DNA from: Candidatus Eiseniibacteriota bacterium
GTDB taxonomy: Bacteria > Eisenbacteria > RBG-16-71-46 > CAZAMP01
DNA: 64,000 bases
Reading direction: 5' to 3'
Assembly (NCBI GenBank): GCA_965224245.1
Contig: OZ245046.1
Location: 3,456,001-3,520,000 of the forward strand
Position numbers and translations under genes: made by a program. A model generated the notes under the pieces. The model was not told where the DNA came from, searched no databases, and worked only from the letters and a program-made list of their open reading frames with translations. Positions 24,231-33,271 of the stretch are shown piece by piece (the first letter of the stretch is position 1; each line of letters starts with the position of its first letter).

Positions 24231-26030
24231 TCATCGAACGATGACGAGCTGTCCAGTCTTGCGTTCACCGGTGGGCGCTTCGACGAGCCAGAGATAGACG
24301 CCGCTGACGACGATCTCGCCGGACTCGTTCCGAAGGTTCCAGTCGTGCGTGCCATGCACCTCTGCGTGCTCGAGCCGGCGGACGAAGTCCCCCGCCAGCG
24401 TGTAGATCTTGATCGTCGCCTCGGTGGGGAGATTCACGAACTGGATCTTGCGCTGGCCGGGAAGCTCCCATCGTGGGAAGCTCGCGCTGTCGACGTCGCG
24501 GACGTACGGGTTCGGAACCGGGTACACGTCCGCGAGGAGTGAGGTCCTGTTGGCCGCCTGCGATCGCGCGTAGAGCGTCTCCGGCCACACCGCGGCCGTG
24601 TTGGGCACGACGCGATCGGGCACGCCGTCCACGAACACGGTGTCCTCGCACGCCGAGGGAAACTCCACGTTTCGGGATCGGTTGCGGTACCGGGAGAACG
24701 TCGTGACCGCGTAGCGGAGCTCGAAACCGTTGTACGGACCGGGAGCGTCCAGCACGATCACCGGCGGCTGCTCGTCCTCGCCGCCGCCCAGGTCGTCCTC
24801 GGTCTCGCCGAGGGTCAGGGCCCGGATCGACTCGGGGTCGTTGAACGACCGGGACTCGACGCCGCCCTTGCGTTGCTGCAGGAGAACGCGGGCCGTGCCG
24901 CCTGGCGTGTCGGAGCCGACCATGACGAACGCGAAGTCTCCCTCCACGTCGTCGGGCACGGACCACTCCGTCTCGTCTGTGGTGAGGAGGCGCTGGCCGC
25001 CGGGAACGGCGTCGAAGAATGCGCTGGCCCACGACACCGAGGCCTGCTGCCCGACCAGCTGGGGCGTGCCGCGCAGCACCATCGCGATCTCGGAGCCGGC
25101 GGTGAGGATGGGCCGCGGCAGCGAGTCCGGGAACTCCCAGGACGCCCACGCGATGCCCGAGGTCGCACCGCCGCTGCCGAACCGCCGGGTGGTGGATCCG
25201 ATCACGGCTTCCACGTTGGGAACGCCGCCCGGTGCCTCCACGATGTCGAGCTCGGTGACCCAGATCGACTCGGCCGGCCCGAGAAACAGCCGTACGCGAT
25301 GGAGCTCCACGTCGCCGCCGGCGGGCATCGTGAGGGTCTGCGCGAGCGAGAATGTCTCGATGATGTCCTCGCCGGTGAACTCGTCCTGTCCCACCACGAT
25401 GGGGCCGAAACCGATGGAGCCGATGTCGAAGTCCCACGACTTCGAGGACTCCTCGTCGAGGGGCCGCGTGACGTCGTAGGTGCGGATCTTGCGGAAGCCG
25501 CGCAGCTTCGGATCCAGCTGGTTGTCGTACGCCGCGCGCCAGACGTTGTAGCCGCCGAATGCGCGATCGCCGGGGTCGGGGATGCTGACGCGCGTCGCGC
25601 CGAGCGTGTCGGCCGGGTCGCGTCGCCACTCGAGGTCGACCGTCCGGCTGCCGACCTCGGCGATCGTGAGCAGCAGACCGTCGATCGCGAAGCGACCGCT
25701 CCGCACGCTGCCGGTGGCGCACCCGATCCGGAGCGACAGGTTGCACGCCGCCCCCATGCCCAGGTCCGACACGGTCCACTCGTACCGACCACCGTTGGGA
25801 ATGTCGTCCGCGATCGTGTCGATGTAGTCGCGGCCGGCGTAGAGCTCGATGTCCACGAGGGAGCACTCGGAGAACGTGTCCCAGGTCACCTGAATGGTGT
25901 CGCCGACGAGCAGGCTCGTCCCGCCCGCGGGCATGGTCACGGCGGCCTGGGGCCGCGGTGCGATCGCGCACGTCGCCGCGAGCGTGAGGGCCACGAGCCG
26001 CGCGTGAGCCGAAAAGCGTCGATCAATCAT
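24231..26030 (-). CDS. Secreted multi-domain beta-rich protein with T9SS-type C-terminal domain
   Basis: Signal peptide; N-terminal Ig-like module (GDTIQVTW...VDIELY...IA..IPNGGRYEWTV); C-terminal VPNPY...IQFVNLP..ATIKIYTLAGDFVR...WNLRNESG..VVSGVY. GGAGG lies 6 nt before ATG 26030. Confidence 0.75.
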   Translation of the reverse strand: MIDRRFSAHARLVALTLAATCAIAPRPQAAVTMPAGGTSLLVGDTIQVTWDTFSECSLVDIELYAGRDYIDTIADDIPNGGRYEWTVSDLGMGAACNLSLRIGCATGSVRSGRFAIDGLLLTIAEVGSRTVDLEWRRDPADTLGATRVSIPDPGDRAFGGYNVWRAAYDNQLDPKLRGFRKIRTYDVTRPLDEESSKSWDFDIGSIGFGPIVVGQDEFTGEDIIETFSLAQTLTMPAGGDVELHRVRLFLGPAESIWVTELDIVEAPGGVPNVEAVIGSTTRRFGSGGATSGIAWASWEFPDSLPRPILTAGSEIAMVLRGTPQLVGQQASVSWASAFFDAVPGGQRLLTTDETEWSVPDDVEGDFAFVMVGSDTPGGTARVLLQQRKGGVESRSFNDPESIRALTLGETEDDLGGGEDEQPPVIVLDAPGPYNGFELRYAVTTFSRYRNRSRNVEFPSACEDTVFVDGVPDRVVPNTAAVWPETLYARSQAANRTSLLADVYPVPNPYVRDVDSASFPRWELPGQRKIQFVNLPTEATIKIYTLAGDFVRRLEHAEVHGTHDWNLRNESGEIVVSGVYLWLVEAPTGERKTGQLVIVR

Positions 26031-26057
26031 CCTCATCCTCCACACGTCAGGCGGCCC

Positions 26058-26086
26058 ATTATAGAAGGGCGCCATCGGTCTCACAA
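26058..26086 (-). promoter_or_regulatory. Sigma70-type promoter TTGTGA-N17-TATAAT
   Basis: On the minus strand, -35 at 26086-26081, 17-bp spacer, perfect -10 at 26063-26058. Confidence 0.7.
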
Positions 26087-26247
26087 CAAGCGAGAAGGCT
26101 CGCGCCGCGCTCCGCGGCGAGCCGGACGGGACCGGCCCCGCGGTGTCCGGGATCGGCTCGGTCCTGCGCTCTCGGCTCTCTGGAGGGGGTCGATGCGGCG
26201 CCGGCCCGGGGACCGGGCGCCACATCGTCGAATGGGAGAGATCCGGA

Positions 26248-28770
26248 CTACGGCGACACTCCGAAGACCCAGTCCGTGGCTTCCTTCATCAGCCTCGACA
26301 TCGATCCATCCTCGGCCTCGGCCTCGCGGAAGGCGTAGAGCTGGAACCCGAGCCACACGATACGCCCCTGGGCCGACTCGGGATCGGGGTTGCGATACCG
26401 CATGACGACCGGCTGGTTCTCGAGCTTGGAGCCGAAGGGCGTCAAGCACACGTCTTGCACGAGGTTCAGCCACTGCGGGCTGTCCGGATCGTCCGGATCG
26501 TAGTCGGGGTTGAGCTCGGCCCGCTCCCACGCCCACGCGTTCGCGGTCATCGTGTACAGCGTGTCGAGGCCGGCGGTGATCAGGGGCGGCGCTCCGTCGG
26601 GAGCCGAGATGAGGCCGCCGTTCGTGTTCTTGCGCCCGAGATTCCAGCTGTCGTGCCAGATCGCGACGCGCTCGGGATCGTAGCCGGTCGGGTCGGGGAT
26701 GCCGAGCGGGTACTCCTCGGCGATCGCCCGGGCCGACGGGCGCAGGGCGACGATGCCGCTGCACGGCAGCAGCAGCGAGGTCACGGTGCCACGCGGAGCC
26801 CGGTCGAACTTCGTTCTGAATCGCATGATGTCCCACACGAACGACCCGGGGCCGAAGTTCGGGTTGTCGAACTGCGGGAGCTCGGGAACGTAGGCGTCGG
26901 ATGTCAGGTAGAAGTCGCCGAGGAGCGCGCCGATCGTCTGGCGCCCCCACACGATCAGGTTGCCGCCCGCCCGAACGTAGATCGACAGGTACTTGCCGAA
27001 CTCCGCGGTCGGGCTCTGGTCGGTCAGGTTGCCCAGGAGCGAGCCGTCCAGCCCGCCCGGGGCCACGTTCCAGTAGAGCGTCTTGAACCGGCTGAGGTAG
27101 GACAGCTCCATCTCGCGCCGGTTCGTGCTTTCGACGCACTCCCGGGGCGTCAGCGCCGCGTCGAACAGGAAGAGCTCCTCGCCGAGCTCGAGGTGATCCT
27201 CGACCGCGTGGCGCACGATGGGACGGATGAAGTTGTCGTGGTCGCAGTCGTTGATGCCGGACGCGGTGAAGTCGTCGATCAGCACGGCCGTGCGGTCGAA
27301 CGAGAACGGGATGACCTCCATGATGATCGACGCGATGATCTCGCGGTCGGCGCGATCGCTCTCGTCGCGCGCCTTGATGTACAGGACGTGCGACTGCCCC
27401 GCGTCCTCCTCGGTGAACGTGTACTTGAAGCCGGTCGAGTTTCCCCAGCCGATCCATCCGCCGATGCCGTTGTCCGATCCGCAGACCTCGCACTCGGGGT
27501 CGGGGATGTCGAGGGCGAAGTTCATGTTGCCCTCTTCGGCACCGTACCAGGACGCGTCCTGCGTCCACTCGAAGTCGAGCTCGACGTTGACCGGCACCTC
27601 CACGCGCCACTCCTCCCCGGGCGCGGTGAACCGCCTGATCCCCAGGAAGTTACGCTCGCGGACGGTCAGGTGCGGATTGACCGGCCGGAGCGGGTCGACG
27701 AACAGCTTCAGCACGTTGCCGATGTTCTCCTCGTCGCGTACCAGGAGCACGCGATCCGGACTGACCGCGCCGGCCTGATCCACGGCACGGATGGCGATCG
27801 CGTAGAAGCGCGGGCCCGCGAGGTTGCGGAGCTGAATCCGGTCGCTCGGATACGGAGCGTCGAGCTTCGGCCACCAGTCGGTCTCGTAGTAGTGCTCGGG
27901 CGTCGGTAGTGGCGGGAACTCGACCCCCGCCTCCTGGGGCTCCGGCACGGCGAGTGAGTCGGGGATCAGGAGGTTCCTCTCGCGGATGGCGGACCAGCCG
28001 GTCGGCGGCAGCGAGTGGATGAGCTTGCGCAGGATCGGGGCGTCGTCACTGCTGAGCCCCTCGGTCTCGCTGATGCCGATCAGCTTGAGCTGGTAGCCGA
28101 CCGGCAGCTTGTCCGGATTGACCGCGTCCTCGTCGCGTCCCGACCAGCGCACGTTCAGGAACGTGCTGACCGAGGCGAGCTTCTCCGATCCGCTGCCCAC
28201 CGGCTGCAGGATGCGTGCGGTCGGAGCGATCGTCACGGCGTTGAAGAAGCGCATGTCGGACGGTGACTCGGCTCCGCGGTTGTCGATGGCCTTGATGAAG
28301 AACGAGTGCCACTGCGACGCCGTCGGCGGCACGCCCGGTCGCTCGTCGTCGGCCGCCTCGAACGCGAAGCTACCGGAGAAGGTGTCGATGCGCCGCCAGA
28401 GCGAGTCGGGGCTGTCGTACAGGGGCTCGACGCCGTTGGCGATGCAGACGGCCGGGTCGTTGGACTTGCCCGGCACCTCGATCGTCGTGGTCTCGCCCGT
28501 CTCCTCGTCGATCACGTCCACGGTCTCGGTGAACCGACACAGGCACGTGTCGTCGATGGCGTACAGGAAATGTGAGACGGTGCCGTCCGGGTCGGACCCG
28601 AACCAGTAGAACTCGACGCGGTAGTCGGCCTCGCTGCCGTTGGCGGCGCCACCGGTGATGCGGACCGAAGGCGACTCGTTCGGCTGCGGGTTCTCTCGGA
28701 GACCATCCCAGCCGCACCCCATGACGAGTGCGGTCGTCAGCGTCGCCAGAAGCAGAGGTCGGGATCGCAT
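26248..28770 (-). CDS. Large acidic lipoprotein of unknown function (Fn3/Y_Y_Y-like repeats plus C-terminal alpha/beta domain)
   Basis: Start MRSRPLLLATLTTALVMG-C (lipobox) at 28770 within ORF 26248..30849; modules FYWFGSDPDG, VRWSGRDED, F.IKAIDN.G. Confidence 0.75.
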   Translation of the reverse strand: MRSRPLLLATLTTALVMGCGWDGLRENPQPNESPSVRITGGAANGSEADYRVEFYWFGSDPDGTVSHFLYAIDDTCLCRFTETVDVIDEETGETTTIEVPGKSNDPAVCIANGVEPLYDSPDSLWRRIDTFSGSFAFEAADDERPGVPPTASQWHSFFIKAIDNRGAESPSDMRFFNAVTIAPTARILQPVGSGSEKLASVSTFLNVRWSGRDEDAVNPDKLPVGYQLKLIGISETEGLSSDDAPILRKLIHSLPPTGWSAIRERNLLIPDSLAVPEPQEAGVEFPPLPTPEHYYETDWWPKLDAPYPSDRIQLRNLAGPRFYAIAIRAVDQAGAVSPDRVLLVRDEENIGNVLKLFVDPLRPVNPHLTVRERNFLGIRRFTAPGEEWRVEVPVNVELDFEWTQDASWYGAEEGNMNFALDIPDPECEVCGSDNGIGGWIGWGNSTGFKYTFTEEDAGQSHVLYIKARDESDRADREIIASIIMEVIPFSFDRTAVLIDDFTASGINDCDHDNFIRPIVRHAVEDHLELGEELFLFDAALTPRECVESTNRREMELSYLSRFKTLYWNVAPGGLDGSLLGNLTDQSPTAEFGKYLSIYVRAGGNLIVWGRQTIGALLGDFYLTSDAYVPELPQFDNPNFGPGSFVWDIMRFRTKFDRAPRGTVTSLLLPCSGIVALRPSARAIAEEYPLGIPDPTGYDPERVAIWHDSWNLGRKNTNGGLISAPDGAPPLITAGLDTLYTMTANAWAWERAELNPDYDPDDPDSPQWLNLVQDVCLTPFGSKLENQPVVMRYRNPDPESAQGRIVWLGFQLYAFREAEAEDGSMSRLMKEATDWVFGVSP

Positions 28771-28772
28771 GA

Positions 28773-30797
28773 CTAGTGCCTCCCTGTGGCGTGCGGGTCG
28801 GCGTCGGCACTGGCCCGGTCGCCCGCCGGCACCCCCTCGTCGATGACGGTGAATGGAATCACGTACCGACTCGTGCGCTCGGCCACATCGGTCCCGGCAT
28901 CGAGGGTCTGCTCCAGCCAATCGCGGATCTCGACGTAGAGATAGTGCTCCTGCACGCGACGGTCCTGGATGATCAGCGGCTTGAAGCAGATGGGCACGAT
29001 CTCGTTCTCCCGGATCGGGCGGCCGGGCAGCATGATCCGGTCCCAGCCGGCGGTCCGTCCCGGCGCCACGTCGACACCCCAGCGTACGTGCGTGACCCAC
29101 CCGGCCGAGAACGGGCGAATGCCCGCGGACATGCCGGTGTCGGTGTCGCGCGCGAACAGGAGGGCGCAGAACGAGGCCACGCGCGTGCCGGCATCGGGAT
29201 CGAGGTCCTCGAACTCCAGCGAGAACGTCTGGCCGGGCTGTGGGAACGCGGCGAAGTCCAGCGCGCTGATCGGCGCGTCCTCGCCGCTGTCGGCGTATAG
29301 GGTGGTCACCGCGCACGGCGTGTCGGACTCGGCAGCGCTGCCCTGGGTCCGATCCACGACGTACGTGGTGTCGTTGCCGCAGACCGTGACGGTGTCGCCG
29401 GGGGCCCCGGTCAGACACCCGCATGCGCCCATGTCGAATCCGGGCTTGTCCAGAATGAGGCGCGGCGACCTGTCGACGTGGATCTCGAGCGTATCCGCAT
29501 ACGCGGTTCCGCGCTGACCGGTGTCGTCGACGCCGGCCACGATGATGCGCCAGTCCCCCGACGTGAGCGGGCCGGCGATGACGGTGTTCGGGGTGTCGGG
29601 TGCGTACGCGGCGCAGTTCCAGCCCGTGTTCACGCAGGTCAGATCGCCCGGAACCTGCTCCTCGCCCGGCGGCGCCCACGGCGCGTACCGCGGCGAGCAC
29701 TCGAGCACGGTGATGTCCAGTCCCTGGACCTCGCCGTCGGGGTCGTTCACCTCGACCTCGAACTGGACCCACCAGCTGCTCGACGGGGATTCGACACCGA
29801 GGGTGTCGGCCGTGCTGACCCAGGTCATGCCGTTGCCGATGTCGGGATCCCAGGGAGGCTCGGGCAGATTCTGCGCCGTGTAGTCGTAGGGCGCGGTCTC
29901 CGGCCCGAGATCGCAGTCGAAGTCCGGGTCCACGACCCGGAGGTTCGAGATGCGGAACGCACAGTCCTGGGGATCGGCGCCCGGGGGACACTGGACGTCG
30001 GCCTCGGCGTCGATGTTCACGTGGAAGTAGCGGCAGGCCTCGCCCTCCCAGCCCGCGTCGTCGATCGGCTTCACGAAGAACGAGTACGACCCGGGCGAGA
30101 GATCGGGGTACACGACGGACGTGTCGGAGATCGACCCGCCCCGGAAGTCGCTGTCCACGCCCGCGAGCTTGTACTCGAACGCCACGACCGATCCGACACC
30201 GGTCCCGAACAGCGAGTCGGCGTCGACGCCGCGCCAGCGGAACTCCGCGGTCGCGCCGATCGGAAGCGTGTCGGGCGGGAAGCCGACCTCGCACCGGGCG
30301 GGCACGTGCATGTCGATCGTGTCCGGCCAGTCGGCCCGGTAGCCGCGGTCGGCGGTGAACACGACCGTCGGCGGCTCGAAGTCCTTGGCCTGGAAGAGCA
30401 CGTACGCGGGGTCCAGATCGCGGCGGCCGAGGTTGTCCACGGCACGCACGTAGAACCGGTTGTGAAGGAGCTGTGCGGTGCCGTCGTCGCCGCCGACGGG
30501 AAACCGCACCAGGCTGTCGGTGCGAAACGTCTGGTGCCACACGACGTCGTCGAGGTTGCCGGCCGAGTCGGTCACGGTCACCTCGAAGAACGCCACCTGG
30601 CCGTCGGGGTCGTACCCGTCCCAGTAGAGCTGATTGATGTAGAACCCGGCTTCGTTGTACTCGGGCGATTGAACGAGATACGTCTCGGGCGCCCGGTTCT
30701 TCTCGTCGCCGACCGGATCCTGGTCGCGACAACCGGCCCAGAGAACGCAGACGGCCCCGACCGCCATCACCAGCCGGGAGCGACTCGTGTTCGTCAT
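28773..30797 (-). CDS. Large acidic Cys-rich lipoprotein of unknown function (paralogous modules to neighbour)
   Basis: MTNTSRSRLVMAVGAVCVLWAG-C lipobox; NRAPET, LYWDGYDPDG, FYVRAVDNLG, FRWRGVDAD, FFVKPIDDAG. Confidence 0.75.
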   Translation of the reverse strand: MTNTSRSRLVMAVGAVCVLWAGCRDQDPVGDEKNRAPETYLVQSPEYNEAGFYINQLYWDGYDPDGQVAFFEVTVTDSAGNLDDVVWHQTFRTDSLVRFPVGGDDGTAQLLHNRFYVRAVDNLGRRDLDPAYVLFQAKDFEPPTVVFTADRGYRADWPDTIDMHVPARCEVGFPPDTLPIGATAEFRWRGVDADSLFGTGVGSVVAFEYKLAGVDSDFRGGSISDTSVVYPDLSPGSYSFFVKPIDDAGWEGEACRYFHVNIDAEADVQCPPGADPQDCAFRISNLRVVDPDFDCDLGPETAPYDYTAQNLPEPPWDPDIGNGMTWVSTADTLGVESPSSSWWVQFEVEVNDPDGEVQGLDITVLECSPRYAPWAPPGEEQVPGDLTCVNTGWNCAAYAPDTPNTVIAGPLTSGDWRIIVAGVDDTGQRGTAYADTLEIHVDRSPRLILDKPGFDMGACGCLTGAPGDTVTVCGNDTTYVVDRTQGSAAESDTPCAVTTLYADSGEDAPISALDFAAFPQPGQTFSLEFEDLDPDAGTRVASFCALLFARDTDTGMSAGIRPFSAGWVTHVRWGVDVAPGRTAGWDRIMLPGRPIRENEIVPICFKPLIIQDRRVQEHYLYVEIRDWLEQTLDAGTDVAERTSRYVIPFTVIDEGVPAGDRASADADPHATGRH

Positions 30798-30865
30798 GGT
30801 AGGAATTCCCAAGTGGTAAGAGGGTGCAACCCCGCCCCTTCGTCGTCATCCACCCCAGCGTGAAT

Positions 30866-30894
30866 ACCCTATCAGCAGCCTAATCCACGGTCAA
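30866..30894 (-). promoter_or_regulatory. Sigma70-type promoter TTGACC-N17-(TG)TAGGGT for the lipoprotein pair
   Basis: -35 at 30894-30889, 17-bp spacer, -10 at 30871-30866 with extended TGn. Confidence 0.6.
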
Positions 30895-30977
30895 CAATGC
30901 CCCGAGACGGCCCGCGCGCCTCGGTTTCCGCCCGTCCTTCCCGCCGGAGGGGCGTCTCCATCGGTGCGGACCGCTCG

Positions 30978-32024
30978 TCAGCCACCGGCGTGCCGGGCGG
31001 GCGGGGGCGACGCGAGAGCCCGCGCGATCGGACCGGCCAGCCTCGCGGCGATGAACCCGTTCCCGGCGGCGTTGGGGTGCGCGGGATCGAGAAACCACTC
31101 GCCGTTGGTAGTCGGATCGGCCTCGCAGAGTTCCGGAATCCGCACGAACGGTACCCCCTCCCGCTCCGCGATCCGGGCCGCCAGGTCGCGATACCCGGAG
31201 ACGGGGGTCCGAAGCGTGAACCAGGTCGGGCCGTAGGGTGTCAGTGTCTCGGTTTGAAACGGGGTTCCGAGGACGATCCCCTGCGCACCGGTCGCCCGGA
31301 TGTCCGCCAGGAGGCCCTCGAGCGTGGTGGCGTAGTCCGCCGGCCCCAGGCGCGCGACCGGAGCGCCCCCCGCTCTCGCCCACGGCGGAGACGCCAGCAG
31401 GCCCCGCATGAGTCGGTAGAAGCGGCGTTCGTGGAGCAGGGCGCGGACCCCGAGTAGACGCGCGCCCGCGCGATGGACGTCGAGGTCCGAGGCGAACATC
31501 TCGCGCGCGTCGTTGAAACCGTAGGAGACGACGACGAGGTCGGGGCGGAGACGTTTCGAGAGCCGGCGCCACTGTCGGCGGCCCTGAAATGCCGTGTATC
31601 CGGGGATGCCGGCGTTCACGACGTCCACGTGCAGGCCCTGTTGCGCGAGGCGTTTCCGGACGAGCTCGGGGAACGTCTCATCCCACGAGAGACCGTAGCC
31701 GAACGTCACCGAATCGCCGAGGAAGAGCACCAGTGGACGATCCCCGCCGGAGCGCACGGGCTCCGGGCCACGCAACCCGAGCGAGTTCGTTCGAAAGCGC
31801 GTGCGCTCGCCGACGACGTCGAGTCCGGGACGCAGGACCCAGAAGAGATCGGGATCCGTGTCGTAGAACAGCTCCTGAGCGTCGATTTGATGGACGAGCT
31901 CATGGAACGTGGGGTCGCTCTCGGTGCGCGGGAGGCCGAGCAGGGCGAGCACGATCTCGACGCCGCCCACGAAGATGAGGAGGGAGGCCGTGGCGAGACC
32001 CAGCTTCACCAGAACCTGCCGCAT
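30978..32024 (-). CDS. Membrane-anchored SGNH/GDSL hydrolase (AlgJ/AlgX-like glycan acyl-modifying type)
   Basis: N-terminal TM; TNSLGLRG, FLGDSVTFG, NAGIPGY, GFND, DPAHPN. Confidence 0.88.
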   Translation of the reverse strand: MRQVLVKLGLATASLLIFVGGVEIVLALLGLPRTESDPTFHELVHQIDAQELFYDTDPDLFWVLRPGLDVVGERTRFRTNSLGLRGPEPVRSGGDRPLVLFLGDSVTFGYGLSWDETFPELVRKRLAQQGLHVDVVNAGIPGYTAFQGRRQWRRLSKRLRPDLVVVSYGFNDAREMFASDLDVHRAGARLLGVRALLHERRFYRLMRGLLASPPWARAGGAPVARLGPADYATTLEGLLADIRATGAQGIVLGTPFQTETLTPYGPTWFTLRTPVSGYRDLAARIAEREGVPFVRIPELCEADPTTNGEWFLDPAHPNAAGNGFIAARLAGPIARALASPPPARHAGG

Positions 32025-32135
32025 GTGCCGCCGCCGTTCGTTTGGACCAACGCTACCCGACGTGTGCATCCGGGCGCCAATGGTAGCACCCGTCGATCGG
32101 TCAGGATCGGTTCCGGCTCGCTCGCATGGGGCTGG

Positions 32136-32439
32136 GTGCCGGCTCGACAAGCGTGGGGCGCTACGTCGCTCGTTTGGGGGCTGCGTGCCGGCTCGTCAAA
32201 CGTGGGGCGCTACGTCGCTCCGGCTGCCGGCGTCACCCCGAGACCGGTCCGGGCATCATTTAGTGCCGGAGCGGCTCTGCGGCACTCGTGTGTCGCACGA
32301 GTCGCGACTCCGGCCCCACGCTTGTCGAGCCTGTGCCGAGCTCCCCGAAGCTCGCTCCGGGGATGACGTGCTCGCCCCCGCGGGGCGACCCGCGGAGTGA
32401 ACGAGCGTCACACCGCGCCCGGGACGCCGACGTGAGGAG
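32136..32439 (+). repeat. Left arm of a ~300-bp long inverted repeat
   Basis: Aligns by eye to the reverse complement of 32857..33156; roughly 90% identical over the outer ~240 bp, decaying inward. Confidence 0.92.
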
Positions 32440-32856
32440 ACCGACCGACTGACCGGCAGGCACGCGCCACGACGGTACCGCTTCCGCGTGAGTCTGGGTT
32501 CGGCAGCCGCCGCCTCCGGGGCCAGACGAACCTCGAATCGGGGGTTCGTGGCGCGGTGGCCAGCTCTCTGACTCCACTCCCTGAGAGCGTTCCCGTCGAG
32601 CGGAGACGGGGCCCTCCGGCGATGGGCGTGAACACTGGCGGATGACGCGAAGATTACCCGGGCGCAGCCGGACGGTGGCCGTGGCAGCAGTCGGGGCCGG
32701 GGTCGTAGCGCTGGAGCCCTCGTGGGCGTCGAGGCCGTGGGCACCGAGCAACCTCGATCACGCCGTCGGGCGCCTGGCCATGCGCAGGGAACAGGGAGCA
32801 CGTGGGTTCACCCGGCGCCAGTGACGAAGCGTGCCGGCGTGCAGGGGTCCGTCTAC

Positions 32857-33156
32857 CTCCTCACGTGGGTGTTCCGGGCTCAGTGTGACGCTCGGTAACC
32901 ACTGCCGATCCCCGGACCGGCGAGCACGTCTCCCCGGAGCGAGCTTCGTGAACTCGGCGCAGGCTCGGCAAGCGTGGGGCCGGAGTCGCGACTCGTGCGA
33001 CACAAGAGCGCCGCAGAGCCGCTCCGGCACCAAATGATGCCCGGACCGGTCTCAGGGTGACGCCGGCAGCCGGAGCGACGGAGCGCCCCACGGTTGTCGA
33101 GCCGGCACCCAGCCCCAAACGAGCGACGGAGCGCCCCACGCTGGCCGAGCCGGCAC
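32857..33156 (-). repeat. Right arm of a ~300-bp long inverted repeat
   Basis: Reverse complement matches 32136..32439, e.g. GAGACCGGTCCGGGCATCATTT.GTGCCGGAGCGGCTCTGCGGC and TGTGTCGCACGAGTCGCGACTCCGGCCCCACGCTTG. Confidence 0.92.
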
Positions 33157-33210
33157 TCGAACCCGGACACCGTTGGCCGGAGCACCGGGCGACCCGCGAC
33201 GGTGGGCACG

Positions 33211-33242
33211 AAAAAGGGCCCCACCCGGAAGGGGTGAGGCCC
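33211..33242 (-). terminator. Rho-independent terminator of the 1142-aa surface protein gene
   Basis: Minus strand reads GGGCCTCACCC-CTTCC-GGGTGGGGCCC-TTTTT, about 30 nt after the stop at 33272. Confidence 0.85.
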
Positions 33243-33271
33243 CGAGTCGACCTATGTCAGGTCGGTCCGAG

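Noticed and set aside
26248-30849. A single 1533-aa protein
   Set aside because: The first ~690 aa are an Arg-rich off-frame reading of the 28773..30797 gene; the lipobox start at 28770 marks the true gene. The same logic applies to the extended ORFs 51326..54646, 48666..51068, 19765..21399, 37089..38882 and 42454..43872.
32136-33156. CRISPR array
   Set aside because: The repeats are in mixed orientation, the intervening sequences are themselves duplicated rather than unique spacers, and no cas genes are present.
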